DNA from: an uncultured Dehalococcoidia bacterium
GTDB taxonomy: Bacteria; Chloroflexota; Dehalococcoidia; DSTF01; JALHUB01
Assembly: GCA_964565775.1 (NCBI GenBank)
Contig: CAZMGB010000009.1
Location: 65,062-129,061 of the forward strand
Length of the DNA: 64,000 nucleotides
Direction: 5' to 3'
A model generated the notes under the pieces. The model was not told the origin of the DNA. It made no database searches and saw only the letters and a list, made by a program, of their open reading frames with translations. Shown piece after piece: positions 36,854 through 46,883 of this stretch; the first letter of the stretch is position 1; every line of letters begins with the position of its first letter. The translations under genes and the position numbers were made by a program.

Positions 36854-39800
36854 ATGTCTAGCTGGAGTTCGGTCCGAGGACGAGCCATTCTGGCAGGAGT
36901 GGTGTTCATGCTGCTCCTGGCGGGTGTGGCGGTGGTCGCGATCTGGCGTGCCCAGGGCATGCAGCACCGCCACGGGGCGCTGGAGCACACGTCGGCCGCT
37001 GTTGCGAGCCTGAGCCGCGCCCACGCCCGATACTTCGAGGGACAGGCGGCGGTTAGCGCACTGGTGTGGTCGCAGGACCCGGCGCTCGCCGTGATCTACC
37101 GCCAGTATGAGGCGGAAGTCCAGCAGGATCTAAGCGTGGCTCGAGCTGAGACTCTCGCGGCGGGCTACGTGGACGGCGCCGCCGCCCTCGACGAGCTCAA
37201 CGAACGCATAGGCCGGTTCAACGCGGAACTGGAGTCGGGCATCACCGCTGTCCTGGAGGCCACGCCGGAGGAGGCACAGCGGATGGGGGTCGCGAGGCTG
37301 TCGGAGGCGATGCCTGAGGGTTCCGCCATCAGTGCCGAACTCGACCAGTTGGTGAAGGAAGAGCAGGACGCCCTGGCGGGCGAGCGGACGGAAGCGGATC
37401 GGGCTGCGGACATCACCCTGGCGCTGTTGATAGCGATCACCACGATTGCCTTCGTGGTTGGGTTCGGGGCCCTGGCGATGCTCGTCGTATCAGTGGCGCG
37501 CCCCCTGGCTTCGTTGCGGGCCAGCGTCAGGGCCATCGCATCGGGGGACCTGGAAGCGAGGGCGAACGTGTCGGGCCCCCAGGAAGTGGCTTCTCTTGCC
37601 CGGGACTTCAACGAGATGGTGGACGAGCGCAGGCGGGCGGAGGAGGCGCTACGTGAGAGCGAATCAAAGTACCGCAGCATATTCGAAAACGTGCAGGACA
37701 TCTATTACCGGACAGATGAGAAGGGCATCATAACCGAAATAAGCCCGTCGGTGGAGCGCTGGGGATACACCCGCTATCAGCTGATCGGCACACAGGTGCT
37801 GGACGTTTACGCGGACCCGGAGGAGCGCTCAGCGCTCTTGAAAGCGATCCAGGAACGCGGGGAGCTTCTCGACTACGAAGTGCATCTCAAGACGGGTGAC
37901 GGCCACGTCAACGAAACGTCTGTCAGTACTCACGTTATCCGCGGCCCCGATGGCACGTTCGCCGGAGTCGAAGGTACGCTGAGAGATATCGCCGAGCGCA
38001 AGCGGGCGGAAGAGGCGCTGCGCGCCAGCGAGGAACGCCTGCGCACCTTGGTCACGAATGCACCCGTCATCCTGTTCGCCATAGACGCCGAGGGAGTGTT
38101 CACCCTCTCGGAGGGCAAGGGTCTGGATGCCATCGGGCTGCGACCGGAGGAAGTTGTTGGCCGCTCCGTCCTCGACGTGTTCCCCAGCGTGCCAGACATC
38201 GCCGAGAACATCCAGCGCGCCCTCGCTGGTGAAACGTTCGGCGTTACGCTGGAGGTAGCAGGAGTCACCTTCGAGACCCGCTTCACGCCGATCCGGGACC
38301 GCGACGGCAGAGTCGTCGGCGGCATCGGCGTTGCCACTGATATCAGCGAGCGCAAGCAAGCGGAGACGGCCCTGAGAGAGAGCGAGGCGAAGTACCACAA
38401 CCTGTTCGACACTAGCCGCGATGCCATCTTCATCGCTGATGCTTCCACGGGTGAGATCGTGGACGCCAACGAGGCGGCATGCTCTCTCATGTCCCTGCCG
38501 AAGCGGCGGGTCGTGGGCATGCATCAATCCGTCCTCCATCCACCCGAGGAGGCAGAGCGCTATCGCAGCATTTTCGCTGAGCACGTAGCTTCCGGGACGG
38601 CGATCACAACCGATATCTACGTTCAGCGCCCAAACGGGGAGCGCATTCCGGTCGACATATCCGCCTCCACGTCTGTCCTTGGGGGACGACTCTTGATCCA
38701 GGGAGTGTTTCGAGACATCAGCGAGCGCAAGCGGGCGGAGCAGGCGCTCCGCGAGAGCGAGGCGAAGTACCGCACCATATTCGAGAATGTGCAGGACATC
38801 TACTACCGGACAGATGAGAAGGGCATCATCACCGAAATAAGCCCGGCTGCGGAGCGCTACGGATACACCCGCGAAGGGCTAATCGGCACGCAGGTGCTGG
38901 ACATCTACGCGGATCCGGAGCAGCGCTCAGAGCTCTTGAAAGTGGTTCTGGAGCGCGGCGAGGTTGTCGACTACGAGGTACGTCTCAAGACGGCTGACGG
39001 CCGTGTGATCGATACGTCTGTCAGTACTCACGTCATCCGCGGCCCCGACGGCGCGTTCGCAGGTGTCGAGGGTGCCCTAAGAGACATCGCCGAACGCAAG
39101 CAGGCAGAGCAGGCACTCGCCAGGCAAACCGCTCTTGTGCAGGCAATGAACCGGGTGTTCGAGGATGCCCTGACGTGCGAAAGCGAAGAGGCGGTGGCTC
39201 GCACGTGTCTGGCAGCGGCCGAGCAGTTGACCGGGAGCAAGTTCGGCTTTATCGGCGAGGTGAATCAGGCGGGTCGCTTCGACACGCTTGCTTTGAGCAA
39301 TCCGGGTTGGCAGGCTTGCACAATGCCTCGCTCCGATGCGGTGAAGGCGATAAGGGATATGGAGATCCGCGGCATCTGGGGCAGAATAATCGAGGATGGA
39401 CGACCGCTGACGGCCAACGATCCCAGCTCTCACCCTGATCGAGTCGGGACTCCCGACGGACACCCGCCGATCATCGCGTTCCTTGGTGTCCCCTTGAAGC
39501 ATGGTAGCGAGACAATCGGGCTGATCGGCGTCGCCAACAAAGAGTCGGGCTATGACTCGGCTGACCAAGAAGACCTGGAGTCGCTAGGCGTGACCTTCGT
39601 AGAAGCGTTGATGCGCAGGCGCGCGGAGGAGGCGCTGCGGGAGCAGGTGCGGCACGACCCGCTGACCAGCGTGCTCAACCATGCAGCGATCATGGAGGAA
39701 CTGCGCGACCTGATTTCCCAGTCTGGCACCGATGCCTCGCATGCCGTAGCGATGGTCGATGCCGACGGCCTGAAGGCGCTAAACGACACGTACGGTCACC

Positions 39801-41296
39801 AGGTCGGCGACGCCGTGCTCGTCGCAGTTGCACAGGCGCTCTCCAGGGACGGCGCTATCGTCGGCCGGTACGGAGGGGACGAGTTCCTGACAATCCTGCC
39901 GGGCGCCGACCGCGACGCGGCAGAGCGCTACCGCGACGCCGTCCTCGGGGCGGTCGAAGATACGTCCCTCACCGATCCGGAGACGGGCGCGAGCGTACCG
40001 GTCGCTGTCGGCTTCGGCCTCGTAACCTACCCGACCGAAGCCGAGAGGATCGAAGATCTGATCAAGCTGGCCGACAGCGCGATGTACGCCACAAAGCGGC
40101 AGCGGCCCGTGGACGCAACCGGCAGGGCTTCGCGGCGGCCCCTGCGCGACGAGCGCGCAGCGAGGATGGTGGGGGAGCTCGTGCCCCTGCTGACGTCCCC
40201 GGGCAATCTCAACGACAAGCTGCAGCTCGTGGCGCATCGGCTATCCATCGGTGCGGGCTACGACGGGGTCGACTTCACGCTGTTCGACTCTTGGCGCGAG
40301 GCACCGACGGCACAGAACACGTTTGCCGAGGCGCCGGAGGGACTCATCGATGCATGGAACCGCAAACAGCGGGAAGACGGCAACGCCCCGCTGCGAGCAA
40401 TCTTGGAGCGCACGCGCCGCCCCGTCGTCTTGGACGACCCACAACACGACGAGCGCGTACCCGATATGGAGCGGGAACTGCTCCGTGCAGCCGGACTGCG
40501 GTCGGCCATGATCGCGCCCATGATCTGGCGGAATGAGCTGATCGGCCACGTCTCGGTCGCCAGCAAGCGGGAAGCGGCCTTCGGGCCCCGTGACGCCCAG
40601 TTCTTGATGACCATCGCCACCCAGGTCACGGCTGTCGTGCGCATGGCGACACTGGTCGAGGAGCTCCAGGCAGCCTCTGACCGCCTCGCGGAGGCCAGAA
40701 CCGAGACCGTTATGCTGCTCGCCGCCTCCGCCGAGGCCCACGACCACACCACCGGTCTCCACCTCCAGAATGTCCGCGCCATCACCGAAGCCCTGGCACG
40801 CCAGCTCGGCTACGGCGAGGAGGACGCGAGGGAGCTTGGCCTGGCGGCCGTCCTCCACGACATCGGCAAGGTGCGCGTGCCCGATTCCGTCCTCGGCAGC
40901 ACCGGCCGCCTCTCGGACGAAGAGTGGGAGCTGATGAAGCACCACAGCACCTGGGGTGAGCAGTTCCTGAGGAAGAGACGGGGCTTCGAGCTCGCCGCCA
41001 CCATCGCCCGCTCCCACCACGAGCACTGGGACGGCAGCGGCTACCCTGAGGGCCTGTCTAGCGAAGCTATTCCCGAGGCCGCCACCATCGTTGCCGTCGC
41101 CGACGCCTTCGATGCGATGATCAGTGACCGCCCCTACAGGGCGGCCCGCTCCGTCACCGCAGCCCTGCGGGAGATCACCGCCTGTTCGGGCACGCAGTTC
41201 AGTCCCAAGGTGGTGCAGGCCATGGCGACGCTCCGCAGGCGAAAGATGCTTCCGCTCACCCTCGCCGACGCTCCAGACGGGAAGGCCGCCGCCTAG
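36854..41296 (+). CDS. multidomain c-di-GMP signalling protein: TM-HAMP-PAS(x4-5)-GAF-GGDEF-GAF-HD-GYP
   Basis: 1480 aa. N-terminal TM plus HAMP-like (ASGDLEARANVSGPQEVASLARDFNEMVDERRRAEEALRESE), repeated PAS modules, GGDEF active site RYGGDEFLT, and HD-GYP motifs HDIGKVRVPD and HHEHWDGSGYP. Confidence 0.85.
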   Translation: MSSWSSVRGRAILAGVVFMLLLAGVAVVAIWRAQGMQHRHGALEHTSAAVASLSRAHARYFEGQAAVSALVWSQDPALAVIYRQYEAEVQQDLSVARAETLAAGYVDGAAALDELNERIGRFNAELESGITAVLEATPEEAQRMGVARLSEAMPEGSAISAELDQLVKEEQDALAGERTEADRAADITLALLIAITTIAFVVGFGALAMLVVSVARPLASLRASVRAIASGDLEARANVSGPQEVASLARDFNEMVDERRRAEEALRESESKYRSIFENVQDIYYRTDEKGIITEISPSVERWGYTRYQLIGTQVLDVYADPEERSALLKAIQERGELLDYEVHLKTGDGHVNETSVSTHVIRGPDGTFAGVEGTLRDIAERKRAEEALRASEERLRTLVTNAPVILFAIDAEGVFTLSEGKGLDAIGLRPEEVVGRSVLDVFPSVPDIAENIQRALAGETFGVTLEVAGVTFETRFTPIRDRDGRVVGGIGVATDISERKQAETALRESEAKYHNLFDTSRDAIFIADASTGEIVDANEAACSLMSLPKRRVVGMHQSVLHPPEEAERYRSIFAEHVASGTAITTDIYVQRPNGERIPVDISASTSVLGGRLLIQGVFRDISERKRAEQALRESEAKYRTIFENVQDIYYRTDEKGIITEISPAAERYGYTREGLIGTQVLDIYADPEQRSELLKVVLERGEVVDYEVRLKTADGRVIDTSVSTHVIRGPDGAFAGVEGALRDIAERKQAEQALARQTALVQAMNRVFEDALTCESEEAVARTCLAAAEQLTGSKFGFIGEVNQAGRFDTLALSNPGWQACTMPRSDAVKAIRDMEIRGIWGRIIEDGRPLTANDPSSHPDRVGTPDGHPPIIAFLGVPLKHGSETIGLIGVANKESGYDSADQEDLESLGVTFVEALMRRRAEEALREQVRHDPLTSVLNHAAIMEELRDLISQSGTDASHAVAMVDADGLKALNDTYGHQVGDAVLVAVAQALSRDGAIVGRYGGDEFLTILPGADRDAAERYRDAVLGAVEDTSLTDPETGASVPVAVGFGLVTYPTEAERIEDLIKLADSAMYATKRQRPVDATGRASRRPLRDERAARMVGELVPLLTSPGNLNDKLQLVAHRLSIGAGYDGVDFTLFDSWREAPTAQNTFAEAPEGLIDAWNRKQREDGNAPLRAILERTRRPVVLDDPQHDERVPDMERELLRAAGLRSAMIAPMIWRNELIGHVSVASKREAAFGPRDAQFLMTIATQVTAVVRMATLVEELQAASDRLAEARTETVMLLAASAEAHDHTTGLHLQNVRAITEALARQLGYGEEDARELGLAAVLHDIGKVRVPDSVLGSTGRLSDEEWELMKHHSTWGEQFLRKRRGFELAATIARSHHEHWDGSGYPEGLSSEAIPEAATIVAVADAFDAMISDRPYRAARSVTAALREITACSGTQFSPKVVQAMATLRRRKMLPLTLADAPDGKAAA
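40643..41217. repeat. left arm of ~575-bp near-perfect inverted repeat (3' end of sensor gene 1; HD-GYP module)
   Basis: The encoded 190+ aa are identical to the C-terminus of the convergent gene. Track ORFs 40810-41004(-) and 43216-43410(+) give identical peptides. 41124-41405(+) and 41420-43096(-) share their first 31 aa. Confidence 0.8.
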
Positions 41297-41599
41297 GCCG
41301 AGCAGCCAGGGGTCAGCCAGCCCTGCGCAGCGGCACAGGCGAAGAGCTCGCCGCAACGACACGCACTACGAACCCCATCGACTCCGACAGCTAGCTCCCG
41401 GTTAGCGCTACGCTGAATGTCATCGCGCGGACCCGCGCAGTACAGGATCGAGGTCGCAGGGCGAGCGAAAGGGGGCTTGCGTGCGTGCCTTTCGGCCTGT
41501 AGCCTTGGGTTGGACCCACCGATCGATGCAAGTCTGCCACCAGTCCCGGCTGCGACCCCATCGTCGGACGCTACCTAGGCGGCAGCCACCGGCCGAGGG

Positions 41600-42880
41600 A
41601 TGCCCGTCGCGGCCGACAAGAGCGGAGGTGCTCCCGTGAGAACCCTCTACATAGACCTCAGTCTCCAACGACTCGTCGCCACACAGCTCCGCAGTCGCCT
41701 GCCGCGCCCCTGGCGCCGCAGCGCCTACTTCGGCCGTCTGGCGCCGCTTCAGGAGGCGGACATCCCGTCGCCGTCGCTGCCGGGGCCGCGCTGGGTGCGC
41801 GTCCGCAACCGCATCTCCGGCATCTGCGGCTCCGACCTGCACTTCGTGATGGCGCACGGCGATCTCCGTATCGCGCCGGCAGCCCTGCCTGGGACGGCCT
41901 ACCGCAACTATATGGGACACGAGATCGTGGGCGACGTGGTCGAGGTGGGGTCGGAAGTGACGAAGCTCAAGATTGGCGACCGGGTGACACAGGAGATGTC
42001 GGGGGGCAGTTGCATGGCCGTGGGCCGCGAGCCCCCCTGCCGCTACTGCGCCGAAGGCAACTATGCGCTCTGCGAGGCCGTACCTCCGAAGGACGAGCCC
42101 CACGGCACCGGCGGCGGCTGGAGTGAGGAGTGGACATCGCCCCAAGGCAGTCTCTACAAGCTCCCCGACGACATCACGGACGAAGACGCCGTCCTCATCG
42201 AGCCCGCCGGCTCCGCCGTTAGGGCAGCCTTGCGAAAGCGGGCCCAGCCGGGCGACAAGGTGATGGTCATCGGCTGCGGCACCCAGGGCCTGTTCACCGT
42301 CCAGGCGGTTCGGGCGGTTCAGCCGTCCTGCGAGATCACGGCCCTGGCCCGCTTCGACTACCAGGCGGAGATGGCGCGCAAGGGCGGCGCCGACCACATA
42401 ATCATGCTCGGCGCCGACGCCTACGCCGAGGTGGCGCGTCTCACCGGCGGCAGGTTGTACAAGGGCCTCCTGGGTAACAAGGTTATTCTGGGCGGCTTCG
42501 ATGTCGTCTACGACTGCGTTGGTCTCCCCAACACGCTGCGCGACGCCCTCCGCTGGGCCCGCTCCCGCGGCACCGTCGTCATCGTCGGCGTCTACCTCAG
42601 CCCGATGAAGATCGACCTGACCCCTGTCTGGTACAACGAGGTGAACCTCGTCGGCGTCATGGCACACGGTATGGAGGAGTGGGAAGGGGAGCGCCTGTCC
42701 ACATTCGACCTGATTGTACGCTGGATAAGGGAGGGGAAGCTGAAGATGGAAGGCTTCATCACGCATCGCTTCCCGCTCTCCGAGTATCGCGAGGCGATCC
42801 TGACCGCCATCGAGCAGCCCCGCACCTCTTCCATCAAGGTGATCTTTGACATAGCGAACCGGCCACCTGAGAAGAGGTGA
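41600..42880 (+). CDS. zinc-dependent alcohol dehydrogenase family (MDR superfamily) enzyme
   Basis: ISGICGSDLHFV...GHEIVGDVVEVGSEVTKLKIGDRV (catalytic Zn site), Cys cluster for structural Zn (C..C..C.......C), Rossmann VMVIGCGTQG. Lies in the unique segment between the inverted-repeat arms. Confidence 0.7.
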   Translation: MPVAADKSGGAPVRTLYIDLSLQRLVATQLRSRLPRPWRRSAYFGRLAPLQEADIPSPSLPGPRWVRVRNRISGICGSDLHFVMAHGDLRIAPAALPGTAYRNYMGHEIVGDVVEVGSEVTKLKIGDRVTQEMSGGSCMAVGREPPCRYCAEGNYALCEAVPPKDEPHGTGGGWSEEWTSPQGSLYKLPDDITDEDAVLIEPAGSAVRAALRKRAQPGDKVMVIGCGTQGLFTVQAVRAVQPSCEITALARFDYQAEMARKGGADHIIMLGADAYAEVARLTGGRLYKGLLGNKVILGGFDVVYDCVGLPNTLRDALRWARSRGTVVIVGVYLSPMKIDLTPVWYNEVNLVGVMAHGMEEWEGERLSTFDLIVRWIREGKLKMEGFITHRFPLSEYREAILTAIEQPRTSSIKVIFDIANRPPEKR

Positions 42881-42923
42881 GCCTCGTGCGCGCGCTGATG
42901 GCCGGGGATTGGGGGCGGTCGGG

Positions 42924-45900
42924 CTAGGCGGCGGCTTTCCGATCCCGGGACTCCGCGATCGTAGTCGGCAGCAGTTTCCGCCTGCGGAGCCGTGTGATGG
43001 CCCGCACCACCTTGGGACTGAACTGCGTGCCCGAACAGGCGGTGATCTCCCGCAGGGCTGCGGTGACGGAGCGGGCCGCCCTGTAGGGGCGGTCACTGAT
43101 CATCGCATCGAAGGCGTCGGCGACGGCAACGATGGTGGCGGCCTCGGGGATGTCGTCGCCAGATAGGCCCTCAGGGTAGCCGCTGCCGTCCCAGTGCTCG
43201 TGGTGAGAGCGGGCGATGGTGGCGGCGAGCTCGAAGCCCCGTCTCTTCCTCAGGAACTGTTCACCCCAGGTGCTGTGGTGTTTCATCAGCTCCCACTCTT
43301 CGTCCGAGAGGCGGCCGGTGCTGCCGAGGACGGAATCGGGCACGCGCACCTTGCCGATGTCGTGGAGGACGGCCGCCAGGCCAAGCTCCCTCGCGTCCTC
43401 CTCGCCGTAGCCGAGCTGGCGTGCCAGGGCTTCGGTGATGGCGCGGACATTCTGGAGGTGGAGACCGGTGGTGTGGTCGTGGGCCTCGGCGGAGGCGGCG
43501 AGCAGCATAACGGTCTCGGTTCTGGCCTCCGCGAGGCGGTCGGAGGCTGCCTGGAGCTCCTCGACCAGTGTCGCCATGCGCGCGATACCGGCGACCTGGG
43601 TGGCAATGGCCATGAAGAACTGCGCCTCGTTAGGTCCGAAGGCCGCCTCCCGCTTGCTGCCGACCGCCAGGAGGCCGACCGCCGTATCCTCCAAGAGCAA
43701 CGGTATGACAAGGCCTGACCGCAATCCCGCTGCACGGAGCAGTTCTCGCTGGCGCGCAGGGATCCGGTCGTCGTTCTCGATGTCCTCGAGAACGACGGGG
43801 CGGCGCGTGCGCTCTAGCAGGAGGCGCAGAGGGTGGGGCAGCTCCCACTCTGACCTTACGTCCTGGTCCCAAGCCTCGACGAGTCCAGCCGGCAACCGTC
43901 CGAACGACTGTGACACGGTCGCACCGCCGGAATCGGGTGAAAACATGGAGAAGCTGACGGCCTCACAGCAAGCGCCGATCGACAGACGATGCGCCGCCAG
44001 CCGCAGCTTCTCGTCGACGTCGCCAGGAGACGTCAGGAGTGGCATAATCTCCGACACCATCTTTGCGGCGCGCTCATTGCTCAAGGGCTGCGGCAGGTCC
44101 TCGTCGGCTGATCCGATCGGCCGCTGGCGTTTCGCGGCGTACATCTCACTGTCGGCCAGCTTGATCAGATCCTCGATCCTGCCGGCTTCGGTCGGGTAGA
44201 CCACGAGTCCGATGCTGACGGCGATCGGTACACTGGCGCTCGTCTCCGGATCGCTCAGATCAGCGCCTGCGAGGGTCGCGAGCACGGCGTCGCGATAGCG
44301 TAGGGCCGCGGGCCGATCGGAACCCGGGAGGAGTGCCACGAACTCGTCGCCTCCGTACCGACCGACGATAGCGCCGTCCCTGGAGAGGGCGCGTGCCACC
44401 TCTACCAGGACGGCGTCGCCGGTCTGGTGGCCAAAGGTGTCGTTGATCGCCTTCAGGCCATCAACGTCGACCATCGCTACGGCATGCGTGGGGCCATCGC
44501 GGCGATCGGACAAGAGGTCCTGCAGCTCCTCCACGATGGCTGCATGGTTGAGGGCGCCGGTCAGCGGGTCGCGCCGCGCCTGCTCCCGTAGCGCCTCCTC
44601 CGCCCGCTTGCGCTCGGTGATATCACGGAAGATGCCGCGTGTGGCGACCGGCTTGCCATCCTTGAAGCTACAACCGGCGGAGCCCTCAACGATGATCGTC
44701 CTGCCGTCCTTGCCGACGAACTTGGCCTCGACCCCAACGACGTTCTCTCCGGCCAACACACGCCGAAAAGTCTCCGCGCAGAACTCCCTGCTATCGGGAT
44801 GAATCATGTCGAGGAGAGTCAGGCCGGGGATCTCTTCCTCGCTGTACCCCAGCGCTTCCCGCCAGGCCCGATTGACGTAGACAAAAGAGCCGTCCGGCGC
44901 GACGCTCTGGATCAGGTCGCTGGCGCTCTCAAACAGGCCCCGGTATCGCTCCTCGCTCTCACGCAGGGCATCTTCCGCCTGCCTGCGCTCGCTGACGTCG
45001 CGGAATATGCCGCGGATGGCAGTCGGCGTCCCGTCCTTGAAGCTACAACTGGTGCTGCCCTCAACGATGATGTCTTTTCCGCCCTTGCTAATGAACTTAG
45101 CCTCGAGGCCGACCACCGTCTCTCCGGCCAATACGCGCCGGAAGACATCCATGCAATGCTCTCTGCTCTCGGGGTGAATGATGTCCGGCAGCGACAGGCC
45201 GGGGATCTCGTCCTCGCTGTACCCCAGCGCTTCCCGCCAGGCCCGATTGACGTAGACAATAGAGCCGTCCGGCGCGACACCCTGGATCAGGTCGCTGGCG
45301 CTCTCAAACAAGCCTCGGTATCGCTCCTCGCTCTCGCGCAGGGCCTCCTCCGCGCGCTTCCGCTCGGTGACGTCATAGGTTGTGCCGATTACGGCTGTTT
45401 CCCCCTCGAATTCAATAGAGGCAGCGCTGTAGTCCACCCAGCGCTCTTCACCGCTCTTTGTGAGGAGCTTCAGCTCGTACCGGGGCGGAACGTCGGCTCC
45501 CCGCTGACGTGCCACACCCCGATCCCTCGCCATGTCTCTGGAATCTGGGTGAATTACCTGCCAGAAATCAGCGCCCACAAGCTCCTCTCGCGTAAAGCCG
45601 GTGAGCGTCTCGGCTGCGGCGTTGACGTAGCGGACTTTGGTCCCCTGGTAGATGAATATGGCGGCCGCAGTGGTGTCCGCCAGTTCGCGAAACTTCGCTT
45701 CGCTCTCGCGAAGCGCCTGCTCCATTCGCTTGCGCTCGCTTATGTCCCGGGCGATTCCCTGTATGGAGAAGGGCTCGCCGTCCTTGTAGATCAGGCGGGT
45801 GCTTATCTCAAGTGGCACCAGGCGGCCGTCGCTGGCGATGATCTCCGCCTCATACCTCGTCGGCCCGCCTCGGGCGACCTTGCGCCGGATCATCTCCTGG

Positions 45901-46883
45901 GCCCGGGCTAGCGAGTCGGCCGGCATAATCTCGGCCATGTTCATCCTTTCGGCTCGCCCGCGCGTGTAGCCGAGTACGTCCTCTCCCGCCTTATTGAGAG
46001 AGGTGAAGAGTCCGTCGAGACCGAGTGTGAAGACGATATCGTTGGCGTTCTCGAACAGCTCCTGGTAACGCTCCCTGCTCGCCCGCAGCGCCTCCTCTAC
46101 CTGCCCGCGCTCGGCGACCATCTCGTTGAAGTCCCTGGCGAGGGAAGCCACCTCCTCGAGGCCGGACTCGGTTGCCCTAACCTTCAGGTCGCCCGAGGCG
46201 ATGGTCCTGAGGCGGGTCTGTAGCGAAGACAGGGGGCGTATTACCGACGCAACGAGGCTGCTGAGCGTCACGGCTCCTCCCAGGAGGACAAACACACTGA
46301 GCCCGAGCAACAGGAGGAGGGAGGTGGCCGCGGCACGGTCCGCTGCCGCCCGCTCGGCCGCAAGGGTGCCCTGCTCTTGCTGGGCCAGCCGGTCGAGTTC
46401 GTGACCGATGGCGTACGCCTCAGGCATCAGCTCCGGCAGACGCGCGACGGCCGCCTCCAACGCCTCCTCCGTACTGGCCTGGGAGACAGCGGCGGCGGCG
46501 GGCACTATTCCTTCCTCAAACCGGCTGATTCGTCCAATCAGGCTGTCCAGGGACACAGCGAGGTCGCCCTCGTTGTCGGCCAGGGCCTCGGCATGGGCCA
46601 GGCTCAGTTGCTGCTTGACGTCCGACGCAGCCTGCAGGTACAGGTCGCTCGACGGCGTCTCCTGTGCCGAGGCCGGGACGGCAAGGAGCGCAACTCCCTC
46701 GAAGAAGCGGGCATGGGCGCGCTCCAGAGAGGCGGCGACGAGCGATGTATGCTCCAGCGACTCGTGTCGTTCCTGCATGTCGCGGGCACGCCAGACCGCC
46801 ACCACACCCACAGCCGCCAGGAGGAGCACGAAGAGAAGCCCCGTCAGGAAGGCCCGCCCTCGGGCTGATCTCCAACTGAACAT
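42924..46883 (-). CDS. multidomain c-di-GMP signalling protein, paralog of 36854-41296: TM-HAMP-PAS(x5)-GGDEF-GAF-HD-GYP
   Basis: Start MFSWRSARGRAFLTGLLFVLLL aligns with MSSWSSVRGRAILAGVVFMLLL of the paralog. GGDEF site is RYGGDEFVA. HD-GYP C-terminus is identical to the paralog. In-frame ATG at 46883 within track ORF 42924-46931. Confidence 0.85.
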   Translation of the reverse strand: MFSWRSARGRAFLTGLLFVLLLAAVGVVAVWRARDMQERHESLEHTSLVAASLERAHARFFEGVALLAVPASAQETPSSDLYLQAASDVKQQLSLAHAEALADNEGDLAVSLDSLIGRISRFEEGIVPAAAAVSQASTEEALEAAVARLPELMPEAYAIGHELDRLAQQEQGTLAAERAAADRAAATSLLLLLGLSVFVLLGGAVTLSSLVASVIRPLSSLQTRLRTIASGDLKVRATESGLEEVASLARDFNEMVAERGQVEEALRASRERYQELFENANDIVFTLGLDGLFTSLNKAGEDVLGYTRGRAERMNMAEIMPADSLARAQEMIRRKVARGGPTRYEAEIIASDGRLVPLEISTRLIYKDGEPFSIQGIARDISERKRMEQALRESEAKFRELADTTAAAIFIYQGTKVRYVNAAAETLTGFTREELVGADFWQVIHPDSRDMARDRGVARQRGADVPPRYELKLLTKSGEERWVDYSAASIEFEGETAVIGTTYDVTERKRAEEALRESEERYRGLFESASDLIQGVAPDGSIVYVNRAWREALGYSEDEIPGLSLPDIIHPESREHCMDVFRRVLAGETVVGLEAKFISKGGKDIIVEGSTSCSFKDGTPTAIRGIFRDVSERRQAEDALRESEERYRGLFESASDLIQSVAPDGSFVYVNRAWREALGYSEEEIPGLTLLDMIHPDSREFCAETFRRVLAGENVVGVEAKFVGKDGRTIIVEGSAGCSFKDGKPVATRGIFRDITERKRAEEALREQARRDPLTGALNHAAIVEELQDLLSDRRDGPTHAVAMVDVDGLKAINDTFGHQTGDAVLVEVARALSRDGAIVGRYGGDEFVALLPGSDRPAALRYRDAVLATLAGADLSDPETSASVPIAVSIGLVVYPTEAGRIEDLIKLADSEMYAAKRQRPIGSADEDLPQPLSNERAAKMVSEIMPLLTSPGDVDEKLRLAAHRLSIGACCEAVSFSMFSPDSGGATVSQSFGRLPAGLVEAWDQDVRSEWELPHPLRLLLERTRRPVVLEDIENDDRIPARQRELLRAAGLRSGLVIPLLLEDTAVGLLAVGSKREAAFGPNEAQFFMAIATQVAGIARMATLVEELQAASDRLAEARTETVMLLAASAEAHDHTTGLHLQNVRAITEALARQLGYGEEDARELGLAAVLHDIGKVRVPDSVLGSTGRLSDEEWELMKHHSTWGEQFLRKRRGFELAATIARSHHEHWDGSGYPEGLSGDDIPEAATIVAVADAFDAMISDRPYRAARSVTAALREITACSGTQFSPKVVRAITRLRRRKLLPTTIAESRDRKAAA
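43003..43577. repeat. right arm of the ~575-bp inverted repeat (3' end of sensor gene 2)
   Basis: Mirror of 40643-41217 about an axis near 42110, which lies inside the ADH gene. Confidence 0.8.
44640..45390 (-). repeat. tandem duplication of a 375-bp PAS-module coding unit (two adjacent ~90% identical copies)
   Basis: Protein repeats ...ALRESEERYRGLFESASDLIQ[GS]VAPDGS[IF]VYVNRAWREALGYSE[DE]EIPGL... occur twice back-to-back. The antisense track ORF 44799-45911 shows the same peptide 125 residues apart. Confidence 0.7.
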
